The position numbers were made by a program, and so were the translations under genes. A stretch of DNA of 64,000 nucleotides, from positions 4,416,001 to 4,480,000 of the forward strand of contig OY771506.1 of NCBI GenBank assembly GCA_963674705.1, read 5' to 3'. The notes under the pieces were generated by a model. It was given only the letters and a program-made list of their open reading frames with translations. It had not been told where the DNA came from and ran no database searches. Of the stretch, positions 29,009-42,670 are shown in pieces. The stretch is from Phycisphaeraceae bacterium (GTDB lineage: Bacteria > Planctomycetota > Phycisphaerae > Phycisphaerales > Phycisphaeraceae). Each line of letters starts with the position of its first letter. Position 1 is the stretch's first letter.

Positions 29009-30187
29009 CTATTGTTGTCTTACCAACTTACTAAGTAGACTACCATCTCGAACACAATCGGAGATCATCACTTCAATATTACTGATTGCGGTGCCCTCGC
29101 CATCCTGATGCGCGACACCACGCTTTAGTATACTCGGAGACACATCGATAACTGAGGCATTCGACGTGGCGAGTTCGCATGCCAGAACATGCTGGCGTGC
29201 GTTTTCCAATGATGCGGGATGAGTGTGGTTAATCCTGTTACTCAGCATACCTGCCATGGTTGGAGCTATATGTGCACGCGAATCGGTATTCCAAGGTATT
29301 TGCTCGATGCTTTTTCCACGCTCAATCACCATTCTATCAGCATCAATCATAGACAACTGACCTTTCTCGGTATATATCCTGACCGTCGGCGTGACAATAT
29401 GCTGACTCGCATGTGATAGATGAATGTCAATCTCGATATCATCCGTGGTGGTAATCCGCATGCTAACTGTGTCATAGGTCTCGATTTCAGCGGCACGATA
29501 CAAGTATGATTGAACAGACTTTACTGCTGCTGCTGTGATGTAATCCGAACCGAGTAGAAACAGCGCAAGCATAACGAAGTGAGACATCGCATTTGAAGCC
29601 GGACTATCGTTGATGATCTTTTGTCCAAGTGTCATGCGCCCAGCCCAGTCTGTGCGAGTATAGTACTGCCTGGTTCGCGGCCAACACCCATATACCACTG
29701 CCCTTCTTGCTTTCCCAAGACGGCCACTGACCAGTGTTTTCTTGGCTGTTTCGACGACGGGATCGTATAGATGTTGAAATCCAACGATCACCGGCCTGCC
29801 TGTTGCCTTTCGAACATCGATCATTGCATCAACATCATCAATGCATCCTGCCGCTGGTTTTTCACATATCACTGCCTTACCACTAGTCAATGCAGCAATC
29901 GTAAATTCCTTGTGCAGATGGATCGGCAAGGGAAGCCAAACAGCATCTATATCCTCTGCTAACAATCCATCTACATCATGTGCTATTGTCACCCCTATTG
30001 ATTTCAGTTTTTTCATGATCTCGGTACACTTCTCTGGTACCGGATCACATGCAGCAACAAACTGAATCTGTTCGTCATTGTTAAGATGATGACGTGACAA
30101 GTACTCACATACAATCTGTCCGTAACCACGGATACCTATACAGCCGAAACGAATCGCCTTTTTCCTTTCTAATCTTGAGGAAGACAC
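29009..30187 (-). CDS. Gfo/Idh/MocA family oxidoreductase
   Basis: IGIRGYG Rossmann motif, PIHLH, CEKP, VGFQ. Confidence 0.85.
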   Translation of the reverse strand: MSSSRLERKKAIRFGCIGIRGYGQIVCEYLSRHHLNNDEQIQFVAACDPVPEKCTEIMKKLKSIGVTIAHDVDGLLAEDIDAVWLPLPIHLHKEFTIAALTSGKAVICEKPAAGCIDDVDAMIDVRKATGRPVIVGFQHLYDPVVETAKKTLVSGRLGKARRAVVYGCWPRTRQYYTRTDWAGRMTLGQKIINDSPASNAMSHFVMLALFLLGSDYITAAAVKSVQSYLYRAAEIETYDTVSMRITTTDDIEIDIHLSHASQHIVTPTVRIYTEKGQLSMIDADRMVIERGKSIEQIPWNTDSRAHIAPTMAGMLSNRINHTHPASLENARQHVLACELATSNASVIDVSPSILKRGVAHQDGEGTAISNIEVMISDCVRDGSLLSKLVRQQ

Positions 30188-30700
30188 GAGCCTTCTCCTG
30201 GATAGACTGACATACCAATCTGGTTATTATTCGAACACATACATGCTCAAGAATGTATGTTTGAATCTAATTTACCACACTTCTATCGTGAGACCAGAGG
30301 TTTGAAGGCAACCCTCAGATCATATTTTGAAGGTCTACCCCTACCTTCTTGAAAACGGCGGTTTGACCCAATTTCTTAAAACTTTGAAACGATTCTCACA
30401 ACATATAAGTCTTGCAATAGGTATGGGCTGGCGTGATAATTATCTCGGCTTGATGAAGATATTTCTTACCACTTGGCGGTCATTTTATTGAAGGTTTTTA
30501 ACTTTTAGTGAGTAAGTGTGATCGTCTCAGAATCGTGCAATTTGTAACTCATTATTGAATCGCTTTTGTGCCAATTCGTTCCGTAGTTGCTCGTTACCGT
30601 GTTGATCTTTCTCATCTGGAGTGGCCTATGTCTGGCCAGCACACGTCTGTTCGTTGTGTGTCCTTAAACAATCCTGTTCCTGGAGACGGAGAATACCACA

Positions 30701-31483
30701 ATGAAAAGAGTGCTAACTATTTTAAGTGTTTGTAGTACTATGGTCAGTGCAAGTGCGACAACGGCCGCCATTGGCACTCACACCTTGTTGCAGACGGACG
30801 AAAGTATGGGCAATGGTGCGAGTTGGGCCGTAGGTGTCTACAACGATAACAACACACCTGCAGACGCGAATAAAGCCAGTTCTAGTGGTGCCGATATCCG
30901 TGACTTGGGTACCGATGGTATCACCGATACATCTGAAACAACACGTAAACGCATTGTCGTGATGAAGTGGGACCTTGGAGGTATTGTTAGCCCCGGTGAG
31001 ACAATCTCCGCTATTACACTCAGTGGCACAAACATCGGTCAAACTACAGGTGCTTTGATCGACTTCTATGCTGCTATTGATGGCAGCACCGCTGACATCC
31101 AGGGCTTGACCCTGCTCGAAACAAAAGTCACCGCTATGAATTGGGCCGGTTACAACTATACTGGCCCAACCACGCCTGGTGGCTTCGACAGCACCATACC
31201 ACTGGACCTTGCGCAATTTACATTGGTTGGAAGCTCGCCTGGTAACGGTGGCGTGTATGGCATCACGATCAGTGATGGTGATTTATTGAATGCTGCCAAT
31301 GCCGATACGAATGGCACACTTATCATTGCTGGTTTGCCGACCGCGGAGAATAAGGCAATCAGCCTCACACGTGGTAATCCGAACTCAGCAATTAAGCTCG
31401 ACGTAACCGTAGTTCCCGAACCCGCAAGCCTGGCAACATTAGGACTGAGCGGCTTGGCCCTATTGGGTCGCAGCCGTAAATAG
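30701..31483 (+). CDS. PEP-CTERM surface protein
   Basis: Signal peptide; VVPEPASLATLGLSGLALLGRSRK; GGAG RBS. Confidence 0.9.
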   Translation: MKRVLTILSVCSTMVSASATTAAIGTHTLLQTDESMGNGASWAVGVYNDNNTPADANKASSSGADIRDLGTDGITDTSETTRKRIVVMKWDLGGIVSPGETISAITLSGTNIGQTTGALIDFYAAIDGSTADIQGLTLLETKVTAMNWAGYNYTGPTTPGGFDSTIPLDLAQFTLVGSSPGNGGVYGITISDGDLLNAANADTNGTLIIAGLPTAENKAISLTRGNPNSAIKLDVTVVPEPASLATLGLSGLALLGRSRK

Positions 31484-31491
31484 TTTATTTT

Positions 31492-31523
31492 TGGGTGTGT
31501 GGTTCGACAGAACTATACACCTA
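31492..31523 (+). other. Intergenic stem-loop after the PEP-CTERM gene
   Basis: TGGGTGTGTGGTTC-gaca-GAACTATACACCTA, 14 bp with three G-U pairs that form only on the + strand. Confidence 0.55.
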
Positions 31524-31598
31524 TTGCGTTACATCAGACACTCGCCAAGGATGGTGAACGACTGGTATGGATCAGGCGAATGATAGGAAGCCTTGAAG

Positions 31599-32438
31599 AT
31601 GTCATATAAAACCACGACTAAAAGTTACCAGGCATTTACACTTATCGAATTACTGGTTGTCATCTCGATAATCGCACTGCTGGTCGGAATCCTGCTACCG
31701 GCCTTGGGGGCAGCACGGGAAACTGCTAAACGAAGTGTCTGTGCCAGCAACACACGTCAGAACGCGGTCGGCGCATTATCCTATGCTACTGATAACAACG
31801 ATTGGTTGGCTGATCCTGGGGGCCTGTATAGCCCTGCTGATGGCGCGTACCGGATCACGAACTACAACGACTTCTACAAAGTTGGAGATATAGATAAACC
31901 CAACGGGCTTGGGATACTCTACAAGCAAGGGTATCTGTCCGACTATAGAATATTCTATTGCCCAACACAGGATGACGGCGTATTTACCTGGGAATACTAC
32001 GAACCCTATCTGCCCTATCTAAGTAACGATCCATTGCCACCCGCTCCACCGGGTGGTGGCGCATTTTGGCGTACCGGTTACTATTACAACCCAAACTTTT
32101 ACACATCGTCCGCGATGAGTGTATACCTGCCCAGTGGTACGCGCGCCGGTATGCAACTAGTGGCCCGGAATACACGTGATTTTGACCAGGATCGTGTGCT
32201 GATATGTGACACCATCAATACTCGGGATTCATACGCCCACCAAAAAGGAGGAGGAGGTTGGAATGGATCATTTATTGATGGGCATGTCCAATATTTGAAT
32301 GATCCCGATGCCGTTGCATACTTTGAAGAACATCCACTTACTAGCACCAACAAGACAAACGAATTAATGGAAATTCTGGACCGTTTACAGAATACTGAGA
32401 CACTCATCACAAGCGTATATCAGGCGGCGAATAACTAA
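31599..32438 (+). CDS. Prepilin-type N-terminal cleavage/methylation protein (DUF1559-like)
   Basis: [30 protein letters not shown]...NGSFIDGHV. Confidence 0.9.
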   Translation: MSYKTTTKSYQAFTLIELLVVISIIALLVGILLPALGAARETAKRSVCASNTRQNAVGALSYATDNNDWLADPGGLYSPADGAYRITNYNDFYKVGDIDKPNGLGILYKQGYLSDYRIFYCPTQDDGVFTWEYYEPYLPYLSNDPLPPAPPGGGAFWRTGYYYNPNFYTSSAMSVYLPSGTRAGMQLVARNTRDFDQDRVLICDTINTRDSYAHQKGGGGWNGSFIDGHVQYLNDPDAVAYFEEHPLTSTNKTNELMEILDRLQNTETLITSVYQAANN

Positions 32439-32538
32439 CACGGTCGTTTGGTAATTAACTACACCATCTGATCAATTCGGGTAAATATTGGCTCAAACCT
32501 TACCTTTAACTTTCACTAGTACTTGGAGAGGACCGGAT

Positions 32539-33636
32539 ATGAAAGATCATGTATTGAAAACAATGAGCTTGATGGCAGTTGCATCCGCGCTAGTCACGAC
32601 TGCCACCATCCAAGCAGCGGTGGTCGATATCGGCACAGATGTGGGCTCTGGCGCCGACGCGGGTCTATACAATGATGACGGCTTCGTCGGCCAGGCTTTC
32701 GCCGATACTTCGAATCTTAGCATTTATTCGATGGACATCCGACTGCTGACTGATGGTTCACTCACTCAACGATTCCGGGCTGGTATCATACGTTTGGACC
32801 TTTCCAGCATAACAAAGGACTTCAGCAATCTGCTCAATGCCGGCATCAAGATTCAAAACGCATCGCAACAAAGAGAGATGATTATCTATGGATTGAATGA
32901 TGGAGATGCGGAAGAATCCTGGGATGAAGGCACCATTACATGGAATACGACACCGGGTTTAACCCCTAATCCAACTTATGATCCAGTACTGACAACCGAT
33001 GGCCAGGTTGATACGCTCCGCTGGACGGAACTGGGTTATTGGACACCGATGGGGCCCGGTTCAGGTGGTACCACTACCGAATTTTCGACCACCTACCTCT
33101 CGACTGAAAATCCGGCCGGCTGGACAGACGACGAGGCGGCTTTCGCAGACGAATACGGCGAAGTCGATCCCAACTTTAACAGTAATCTTGTCAGCTTCCT
33201 TCAAGCTGATACAGATGGACAAGTCTCTTTATTGTTTATGATCAGTGAACGGCTTGGTCCTGCCAATGGTGGCAGCGTTGGTATCCGTACCAAGGAATGG
33301 GTCTTGGCCAATTCAGGGCTGACGACTCCGTCTATCGTCATGGAATTTGCTGACGGTAGCCTGGAAGGTGACCTTAATGGCGACGGATTCGTCGGCTTGG
33401 ATGATCTTGACATTGTGCTTGGCGCATGGAACCAGAATGTCCCCCCAGCCGATCCGGCTGCCGATCCGTCCGGTGATGGATTTGTTGGTCTTGATGACCT
33501 TGATGTCGTGCTGAATAACTGGAACGCCGGTACACCCCCGGTGACCAGCACCGTACCCGAGCCAACCGGTATCACCCTCCTTGGACTGGGTGGCCTGGTT
33601 ATGTTCATACGCCAACGCAGTACCTGGATAGTATAG
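32539..33636 (+). CDS. PEP-CTERM protein with DNRLRE/CBM96-like domain and dockerin-like repeats
   Basis: Signal peptide; YGLNDG..ESWDEGTITWN; dockerin-like pair; VPEP. GGAGAGG before ATG 32539. Confidence 0.8.
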   Translation: MKDHVLKTMSLMAVASALVTTATIQAAVVDIGTDVGSGADAGLYNDDGFVGQAFADTSNLSIYSMDIRLLTDGSLTQRFRAGIIRLDLSSITKDFSNLLNAGIKIQNASQQREMIIYGLNDGDAEESWDEGTITWNTTPGLTPNPTYDPVLTTDGQVDTLRWTELGYWTPMGPGSGGTTTEFSTTYLSTENPAGWTDDEAAFADEYGEVDPNFNSNLVSFLQADTDGQVSLLFMISERLGPANGGSVGIRTKEWVLANSGLTTPSIVMEFADGSLEGDLNGDGFVGLDDLDIVLGAWNQNVPPADPAADPSGDGFVGLDDLDVVLNNWNAGTPPVTSTVPEPTGITLLGLGGLVMFIRQRSTWIV

Positions 33637-33655
33637 TTTTCCTGTACATCCCTAC

Positions 33656-33699
33656 ACATTCGCGTGAGTTGATTCTCACGCGAATGTTTATTGTTTTTT
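33656..33699 (+). terminator. Intrinsic terminator
   Basis: ACATTCGCGTGAG-ttgatt-CTCACGCGAATGT followed by a T-rich tract, between convergent genes. Confidence 0.8.
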
Positions 33700-33731
33700 G
33701 CAAGGCATAATGAAGCAGGTAAACAATGATA

Positions 33732-34979
33732 TCATGCCATCCGATTCGCAATACCCTTCTTAGCCTCCGTGCGTATCTGGCCGGGTGTCTTTTTTAGTTG
33801 TCTGCGAAATACCGCATTCATGTACTGCTGATGCCTGAATCCAGAATTGAAGGCGATAACGTTCAGGGGTATATCCGTCTCGCTCAGAAGTCGCGTAGCA
33901 TGTCGAATCTTGGCGTCTTGAATCTCGGTCATAATGGTGTGCCCCATAACATTCCGGAAACGTCGTTGCAGAACACTTCTGGATAATGGAACCTGGCGTA
34001 ACACATCATCAATGCCGATACCCTCGATAGCGTGTGCCGAGATAAACCGAAGGGCGGCCACCACCTCACGGTCATCTATCGCTAGGACATCAGTAGAATG
34101 TCGCGTCACGATAGATGCCGGTGTGAGTAAGAAAGGCTTATCTGGAGCCTTGTCTCCCGACATAAGCTTGTCTAACAAGCCGGCCGCTTCATACCCCAGT
34201 CGCTGCCAATCGATAGGAACACTTGTTAGTGGTGGGGACGAAATCTGGCACAGCGGAGCATCGTTATCTGCACCGATCACAGCTAGTTCGTCGGGGATGC
34301 TGACACCGATCCGCTTTGCAGCCTCCAGTGTTAGTTGAGCATAGCCATCATTACATGCCATGATCCCGGCGGGTTTGGGGATCGAGTACAACCAGTCCGC
34401 CATACGTACCTGCCATTGTATCCAGGAATTGGGGTCGCTTGGATACAGCGGCATATCGTAGACACTGCATTCTAAGCCATCTTCACGCACGCGATCTGTA
34501 AACCCCTCCCGTCGCTGTGCAGATGGGATCATCCCTAAACGATGACAGAAACCAAAGTACCTGAACTTGCGCTCTAAAAGATGCTCGGCTGCAACTCGGC
34601 CAATTTGCTTATTATCAAAATACACAACCGGTAGGATCGGTTTCTCATCCTCCAAATAAGTATTGACGCAGGGGATATTCAACTTCTTGACGTGACCGGC
34701 GATTTTTTTGTTATCAAATCGGCCAATGATCCCCGTCACCACACGCTCAACCAGCCACTGCTCTAAATGATATGTCGTTTCTGTCGGTGGCGGCGCGAGC
34801 ATCACCGACCACGGCCTATGTGCCTTGATGTAATCGGCAATCCCCTGCAATAGTGGCGGACGCCACTGGACCAATAGCGCAACACGTGGTATGGACAATT
34901 TATTATCCAGTACGGCTTGCTCTTTTTTTATCTTGCGCTTGCCCATTGAGATCACGTAAAATATGGCGCGAACCGCCAT
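33732..34979 (-). CDS. XylR-type regulator (LacI-like sensor + AraC HTH)
   Basis: IPDELAVIGADND, PPLTSV, C-terminal IAFNSGF...FRRQLKKTP. Confidence 0.9.
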   Translation of the reverse strand: MAVRAIFYVISMGKRKIKKEQAVLDNKLSIPRVALLVQWRPPLLQGIADYIKAHRPWSVMLAPPPTETTYHLEQWLVERVVTGIIGRFDNKKIAGHVKKLNIPCVNTYLEDEKPILPVVYFDNKQIGRVAAEHLLERKFRYFGFCHRLGMIPSAQRREGFTDRVREDGLECSVYDMPLYPSDPNSWIQWQVRMADWLYSIPKPAGIMACNDGYAQLTLEAAKRIGVSIPDELAVIGADNDAPLCQISSPPLTSVPIDWQRLGYEAAGLLDKLMSGDKAPDKPFLLTPASIVTRHSTDVLAIDDREVVAALRFISAHAIEGIGIDDVLRQVPLSRSVLQRRFRNVMGHTIMTEIQDAKIRHATRLLSETDIPLNVIAFNSGFRHQQYMNAVFRRQLKKTPGQIRTEAKKGIANRMA

Positions 34980-35037
34980 AGATTATATGGTCATCGGACC
35001 CAAAGGCATAGTAAATTCTCCCCAATCCAATAATGGT

Positions 35038-37221
35038 TCATGCCATATCCATCATCGTAGAGGCGAATGGCTCCAAGCTAAATGCTACTGAACGGATCGG
35101 ATTCTGGACTACGGTCTGCTGAACTTGGTTCGTGTTATTCACAACAACTAACTTACCATGTTTCGGGTAATAAGCACAGTCTGTGTTGCAATTATTACAT
35201 ATCCATTGATTGATCTGCGAATCCATTTGAGCAGACCAGTAGATAGAGCGTAACAATAAACGTGCATTCCGCCCGTTATAGGTATGAGCTGCAAAATACA
35301 CGCTCCTGCCACTACCAAATTGCCTGATGGTAATCCTGGGTGAATTACCCTGTGCAGAGAGTACTTTTGTTTCAGGATCGATGATATAAATATCCTCGAT
35401 AGGTTTACCTAATTCAGGAGCTGGTCCAGCATCTTCCATAATGTAGTGATCGCTAGACACTACGAACGCATAACGATCAAAAGCCCTGGTCAGACCGAGT
35501 TCCCGATCCACGCCAAGAATGTCTGAAAGCTGAAAGAACGACGTCCCATGCCGATGTGCCGTTGGTTCACCTATCCCGATAAGTCCACCACCGGCATGCA
35601 CAAAGCTCCGAATGGCTGCCAGGATACCGGGCTCTGTCCACCATGATCCACCAGACCAGGAATCACCTGCAATCCCTGCATTAATCACAACATCCACATC
35701 CGCTGGTACGCCCTGCTTAAGGATGTCATCGAACGATAGGAACGACACTTCAACCGGTAAGCCAGAGAGCGATTCCATCGCTTCGTTGTAATAGTTATCA
35801 CGATTGAAGTGTCCACGGCAAGCCCATGCGCGCAGCTGCCCCCATGCCGAAAGGATCGCGACTTTGACGTCAGCCTGCCATGGTTTATCCCCATGATGCA
35901 GGTTGCGCAACTGCCTGAACTCATTGCCCATCAGTTCGATGTAATCGACAAAGTCAGGATGATTCTCCACCAAGTGAAGATATCCACCAAACCCGATTCG
36001 ATCCACGCCTTTACGCAGCAATGCACGGCGGATATCTGCCCAATAGGACTTGCATTCCAGTGTTGGGGTACCACCGGGCAAGAACGAAGGCGCCCCATTC
36101 ACCCCAGTCGGGAACAGATATGGGTGCATTCGCAGTTCCCGTACTAATACGTCCGGTGTCTCCGCAACTTTTCTGGCCTCAAATCCATTGAAAATACCAT
36201 CGATCACACCATCAAAGCCGAACCGCTTAAAGCGCTCGCCGTAAGGCTCGACACCCAGCCAATGGTCGTTGTAGAAAAAGAACGCTTGCTTGCCGTGTTT
36301 GTGGATCAGTTCAACGCATTTGCTTCCGAATCTGACAACAAACTCATTGATAAAATCAATCCATTCCCGGTAAAACTTGGAAGGCACCTTGTATGAATTG
36401 TTGTATTCGCCGGCGTTGACGAAGTCTTCACTCTTTGGCCGATAGCCGTACTTATTCTCGAATTGACGTATCGCTTCTGTACTGACAGAGAATTCATACG
36501 ACCCCCAATCGTTAACGATAAAACGACGCTTGGGATCATCTCCCCAGAACCACCAGAAGTTGTAAAACATCGAGGTCAGGCGGACAACGCTTGTGTGAGG
36601 ATGTTCATTGAGCCATTGCTCTAGGTAACTCATGATCCGCTCCCGTGCTTCCGGGTAGATCGGATCGATCGGCATCAGGTGTTCACGATCACCCCAATCA
36701 TTTGTGACGTGGTTATACATCGATATCTCCTCCCAGATCCGATAGGAGAAGAAGTTCACTGTGTATTGATGCCAGCGTCTGGTGTTTCGGATCGTGACTG
36801 TGCCGGATTCAGGCTTGAAGTCCCAATCCGAGACAGGTACTTCGTTGCCCGAAGTGCGGTCGAAAACTTGCCACCACTGTTTGGGATCATCATTCGTATT
36901 GATCTTGAACTGTTCACGGAAGTATCCACGCAGCAATTTGATCCCCAGCGTACCTGACTCAGCGATCACCGGCTGGCTCATCATGCAGCACTGCTGGAGT
37001 TTGTCGGGGTGCTTCTTTGCCCAATCGTTGTGTGCCCGGACGAGGCAGAGCGTGGAGTATATCTCGTATCCTGAACTGACAATCTCATCCGATAGCTGAG
37101 TGCCATCGCTGTCACGGATCACATCCGCCCCCCACCGCTTGGCAAGTTTCAGCGTTAAGTCCTCGTATCCGGCTTCACCTGGAAGCGTAAATCCGCCATG
37201 ATTGAGTGATTTATTGTCCAT
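35038..37221 (-). CDS. GH112 beta-galactoside phosphorylase (Gal-HexNAc or Gal-beta-1,4-Rha phosphorylase family)
   Basis: FTLPGE, WGADVIRDSDGT, SMYNH, DHWLGVEP, PYLFP, DRIGFGGYL. Confidence 0.85.
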   Translation of the reverse strand: MDNKSLNHGGFTLPGEAGYEDLTLKLAKRWGADVIRDSDGTQLSDEIVSSGYEIYSTLCLVRAHNDWAKKHPDKLQQCCMMSQPVIAESGTLGIKLLRGYFREQFKINTNDDPKQWWQVFDRTSGNEVPVSDWDFKPESGTVTIRNTRRWHQYTVNFFSYRIWEEISMYNHVTNDWGDREHLMPIDPIYPEARERIMSYLEQWLNEHPHTSVVRLTSMFYNFWWFWGDDPKRRFIVNDWGSYEFSVSTEAIRQFENKYGYRPKSEDFVNAGEYNNSYKVPSKFYREWIDFINEFVVRFGSKCVELIHKHGKQAFFFYNDHWLGVEPYGERFKRFGFDGVIDGIFNGFEARKVAETPDVLVRELRMHPYLFPTGVNGAPSFLPGGTPTLECKSYWADIRRALLRKGVDRIGFGGYLHLVENHPDFVDYIELMGNEFRQLRNLHHGDKPWQADVKVAILSAWGQLRAWACRGHFNRDNYYNEAMESLSGLPVEVSFLSFDDILKQGVPADVDVVINAGIAGDSWSGGSWWTEPGILAAIRSFVHAGGGLIGIGEPTAHRHGTSFFQLSDILGVDRELGLTRAFDRYAFVVSSDHYIMEDAGPAPELGKPIEDIYIIDPETKVLSAQGNSPRITIRQFGSGRSVYFAAHTYNGRNARLLLRSIYWSAQMDSQINQWICNNCNTDCAYYPKHGKLVVVNNTNQVQQTVVQNPIRSVAFSLEPFASTMMDMA

Positions 37222-37235
37222 AACAGAGCAGATTA

Positions 37236-37275
37236 CAAAAACCCCGATGTAACGCCAACTCGTTACATCGGGGGT
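37236..37275 (-). terminator. Terminator-like hairpin downstream of the GH2 gene
   Basis: CCCCGATGTAACG-ccaact-CGTTACATCGGGG with an upstream A-run (U-tract on the minus strand). Confidence 0.7.
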
Positions 37276-37326
37276 GAATTATCAATCAAATATGCAGCAT
37301 GGACGAGCCCGTTTGCTCACAATCCA

Positions 37327-40521
<3,195 letters not shown>

Positions 40522-40636
40522 CTATTGTTAACCCACTGGAGGCAACAAGATACCAAAGCAATAGATACATTGCAGTAATCGCCAATGAAATAATATGTTG
40601 CACAACAAAGAAGGCCTAAGTATTGACTTACAAGCA

Positions 40637-41704
40637 CTAATCTTCAGTTATCCAACGCCGCCGCCAAGCAGGATAGTCTTTGGTAAGCAGTGATTCTGCC
40701 CGACGAGAATACCAGGCATATCCCAGGCGTCGTTCGGCTTCTACTTCCGACAGTTCGTAGTGAATGACGCCGTCACGCCCGCTGAAAATCGGCCGATTGG
40801 TACCGATCTCGTAGAAACGAGCCCACCATCGCTCGTTTGTGTCTTTTGAGGATACCAGCCTTCGGTCCTGATCACCGTTGGGCAGCATGATGCGTTCATA
40901 GGACACACCGTAAATAGCCGTCATGTCAAACCATTCAACTGCACCGTTTATAGCACGTACTATATCTGGTGATGGATCGTCGATGCTCATAAGTAGCTGT
41001 ATAAGTTTTACTGATTCGGCGCCGCTAAGCGAAGGGTGTTCATATGCACGAGCCTTTACGGGTTTGAGCGTAACCGCGTCATGCTGAGCACACCAGACGG
41101 TCGGATGTCCATCGACGACGACCTGAGTTCTTAAAATGATCCGGATGCCTCGCTCATATGCGTCTGCCGCTTGTTGGCGGTGTGATTTATTGATAATAGT
41201 GAAAGGCTCCTTCGCTGATGCAATCTCTTGCATCAGCATCATTACATGATACATGGCGTCATCGTTATAGGTGATGGCATCATGATAGCTTCCACACAGC
41301 GGGTAGTACTGTGGCCAACCGCCATTTTCGTATTGTGCCTTGAACAGATAATCCTGGCCTTGGGAAAATGCCTGTAAACAGCGGCGATCTCCCGTCAACG
41401 CGATTACACGTGCGAGGACACGCATCTCGGCTACGGTAGCTTGATTGTCTATAGTAGCCGGCTTATCAATATCGGTATTTAGCTGCTCTTGATCTACTGG
41501 CTCGGAGGGATCGTAATTTTTATCCCATCCGCCACAGGCTCGCTGACGCGCGAGGATATTTTTAATGATAGGTCTACCTTCATCAGATACATACCATTCT
41601 GCGGGCATATTGGCCAGTTTCACCCAGTCGACAGCAATTGCGCGGCCAGGTGAAACCAGCAATATAATCGTGATGATAACGCTAACACACCATTGCATAA
41701 TCAC
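40637..41704 (-). CDS. PL10 pectate lyase (PelA/Pel-15E type)
   Basis: Signal peptide; TIDNQAT, NGGWPQYYP, ITYNDDAM, WCAQHD, ARAYE, WARFYE. Confidence 0.85.
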   Translation of the reverse strand: MIMQWCVSVIITIILLVSPGRAIAVDWVKLANMPAEWYVSDEGRPIIKNILARQRACGGWDKNYDPSEPVDQEQLNTDIDKPATIDNQATVAEMRVLARVIALTGDRRCLQAFSQGQDYLFKAQYENGGWPQYYPLCGSYHDAITYNDDAMYHVMMLMQEIASAKEPFTIINKSHRQQAADAYERGIRIILRTQVVVDGHPTVWCAQHDAVTLKPVKARAYEHPSLSGAESVKLIQLLMSIDDPSPDIVRAINGAVEWFDMTAIYGVSYERIMLPNGDQDRRLVSSKDTNERWWARFYEIGTNRPIFSGRDGVIHYELSEVEAERRLGYAWYSRRAESLLTKDYPAWRRRWITED

Positions 41705-41721
41705 TATGCTATCTTAATAAC

Positions 41722-42588
41722 TCACGGTGTGTAGTCATAGTCTTCCGTCGTGGCGTTATTCGCCCAGTAACGCATATCGTCAAGTTCATTGGCTGACATA
41801 CCGGCCACATGACCATCAAAGAATGCGATATCGGCGTTCGGCCCGTAGCGACCTTTGGGCAAGCCCATAAGCGTACCAGCAGAGTCCACGTCAATGGCAC
41901 CACCATTATTGTGCCACTTCTGCCCGTTGGCATGCGGTGCAAACAAGTCAAAATAGCCGGAATCAGGGTCGTCCGGATTCAGGCCGGGCATGCTTGCGTA
42001 GCTGTCACCGAACACTATTAGATCAGATGGTCGCCTTACTTCGCTATTGATGTACACCACATGCTTCCCGACATTCGGAAAGGATGTGTTGTCCTTGGAA
42101 ATGAAACCATCAAAGTTGTGATGCCCACCGACGTAGATGCCGTTGAGCCCAAACGATGGAAAGGCGCTTAGCTTGTACAACTGAACCGCAGCATCACTAT
42201 CGGTGATTTGTGGCAGTTCAGGGGGATCTGCATGGCTATAAACGATCTCCCACACATCTGACACATATGAAATAAGTCGCCACGGATACCTGCCGGAGGC
42301 GGGGTAAACGATCGACTGACCATGATAATCAGCCGTGAAGTCTTCGTAATAGTACGATTTGAAAGGATAGCCGGGCAGTACCATGTCGGCATAGTCACTC
42401 TGATAGGCCGAATAAGCGGTCACCAATTGCCGAAGGTCGCTCTTGGACTTGACCTGTTGGGCAGCCTTACGTGCCTGACTCAGAGCAGGCAACAGGATGC
42501 CGATCAGCAGCGCGATGATACTTATCACAACCAACAGCTCGATGAGCGTGAAGGCATGGCGATGATTAATATTTACTTGGTAAGTCAT
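41722..42588 (-). CDS. Prepilin-type N-terminal cleavage/methylation protein (DUF1559-like)
   Basis: [26 protein letters not shown]-terminal RY..NADIAFFDGHV. Confidence 0.9.
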   Translation of the reverse strand: MTYQVNINHRHAFTLIELLVVISIIALLIGILLPALSQARKAAQQVKSKSDLRQLVTAYSAYQSDYADMVLPGYPFKSYYYEDFTADYHGQSIVYPASGRYPWRLISYVSDVWEIVYSHADPPELPQITDSDAAVQLYKLSAFPSFGLNGIYVGGHHNFDGFISKDNTSFPNVGKHVVYINSEVRRPSDLIVFGDSYASMPGLNPDDPDSGYFDLFAPHANGQKWHNNGGAIDVDSAGTLMGLPKGRYGPNADIAFFDGHVAGMSANELDDMRYWANNATTEDYDYTP

Positions 42589-42670
42589 GCCTGGAACCCT
42601 TGTTGTCAGTTAAGTCACCCCAGCTATGAAGACTTTCAACATTTAATCTATCAAGTGTCATGCTGGCGGA

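Noticed and set aside
30230..30265. Imperfect inverted repeat upstream of the Gfo/Idh/MocA gene
   Set aside because: Single imperfect AT-rich instance with no second copy to support an operator.
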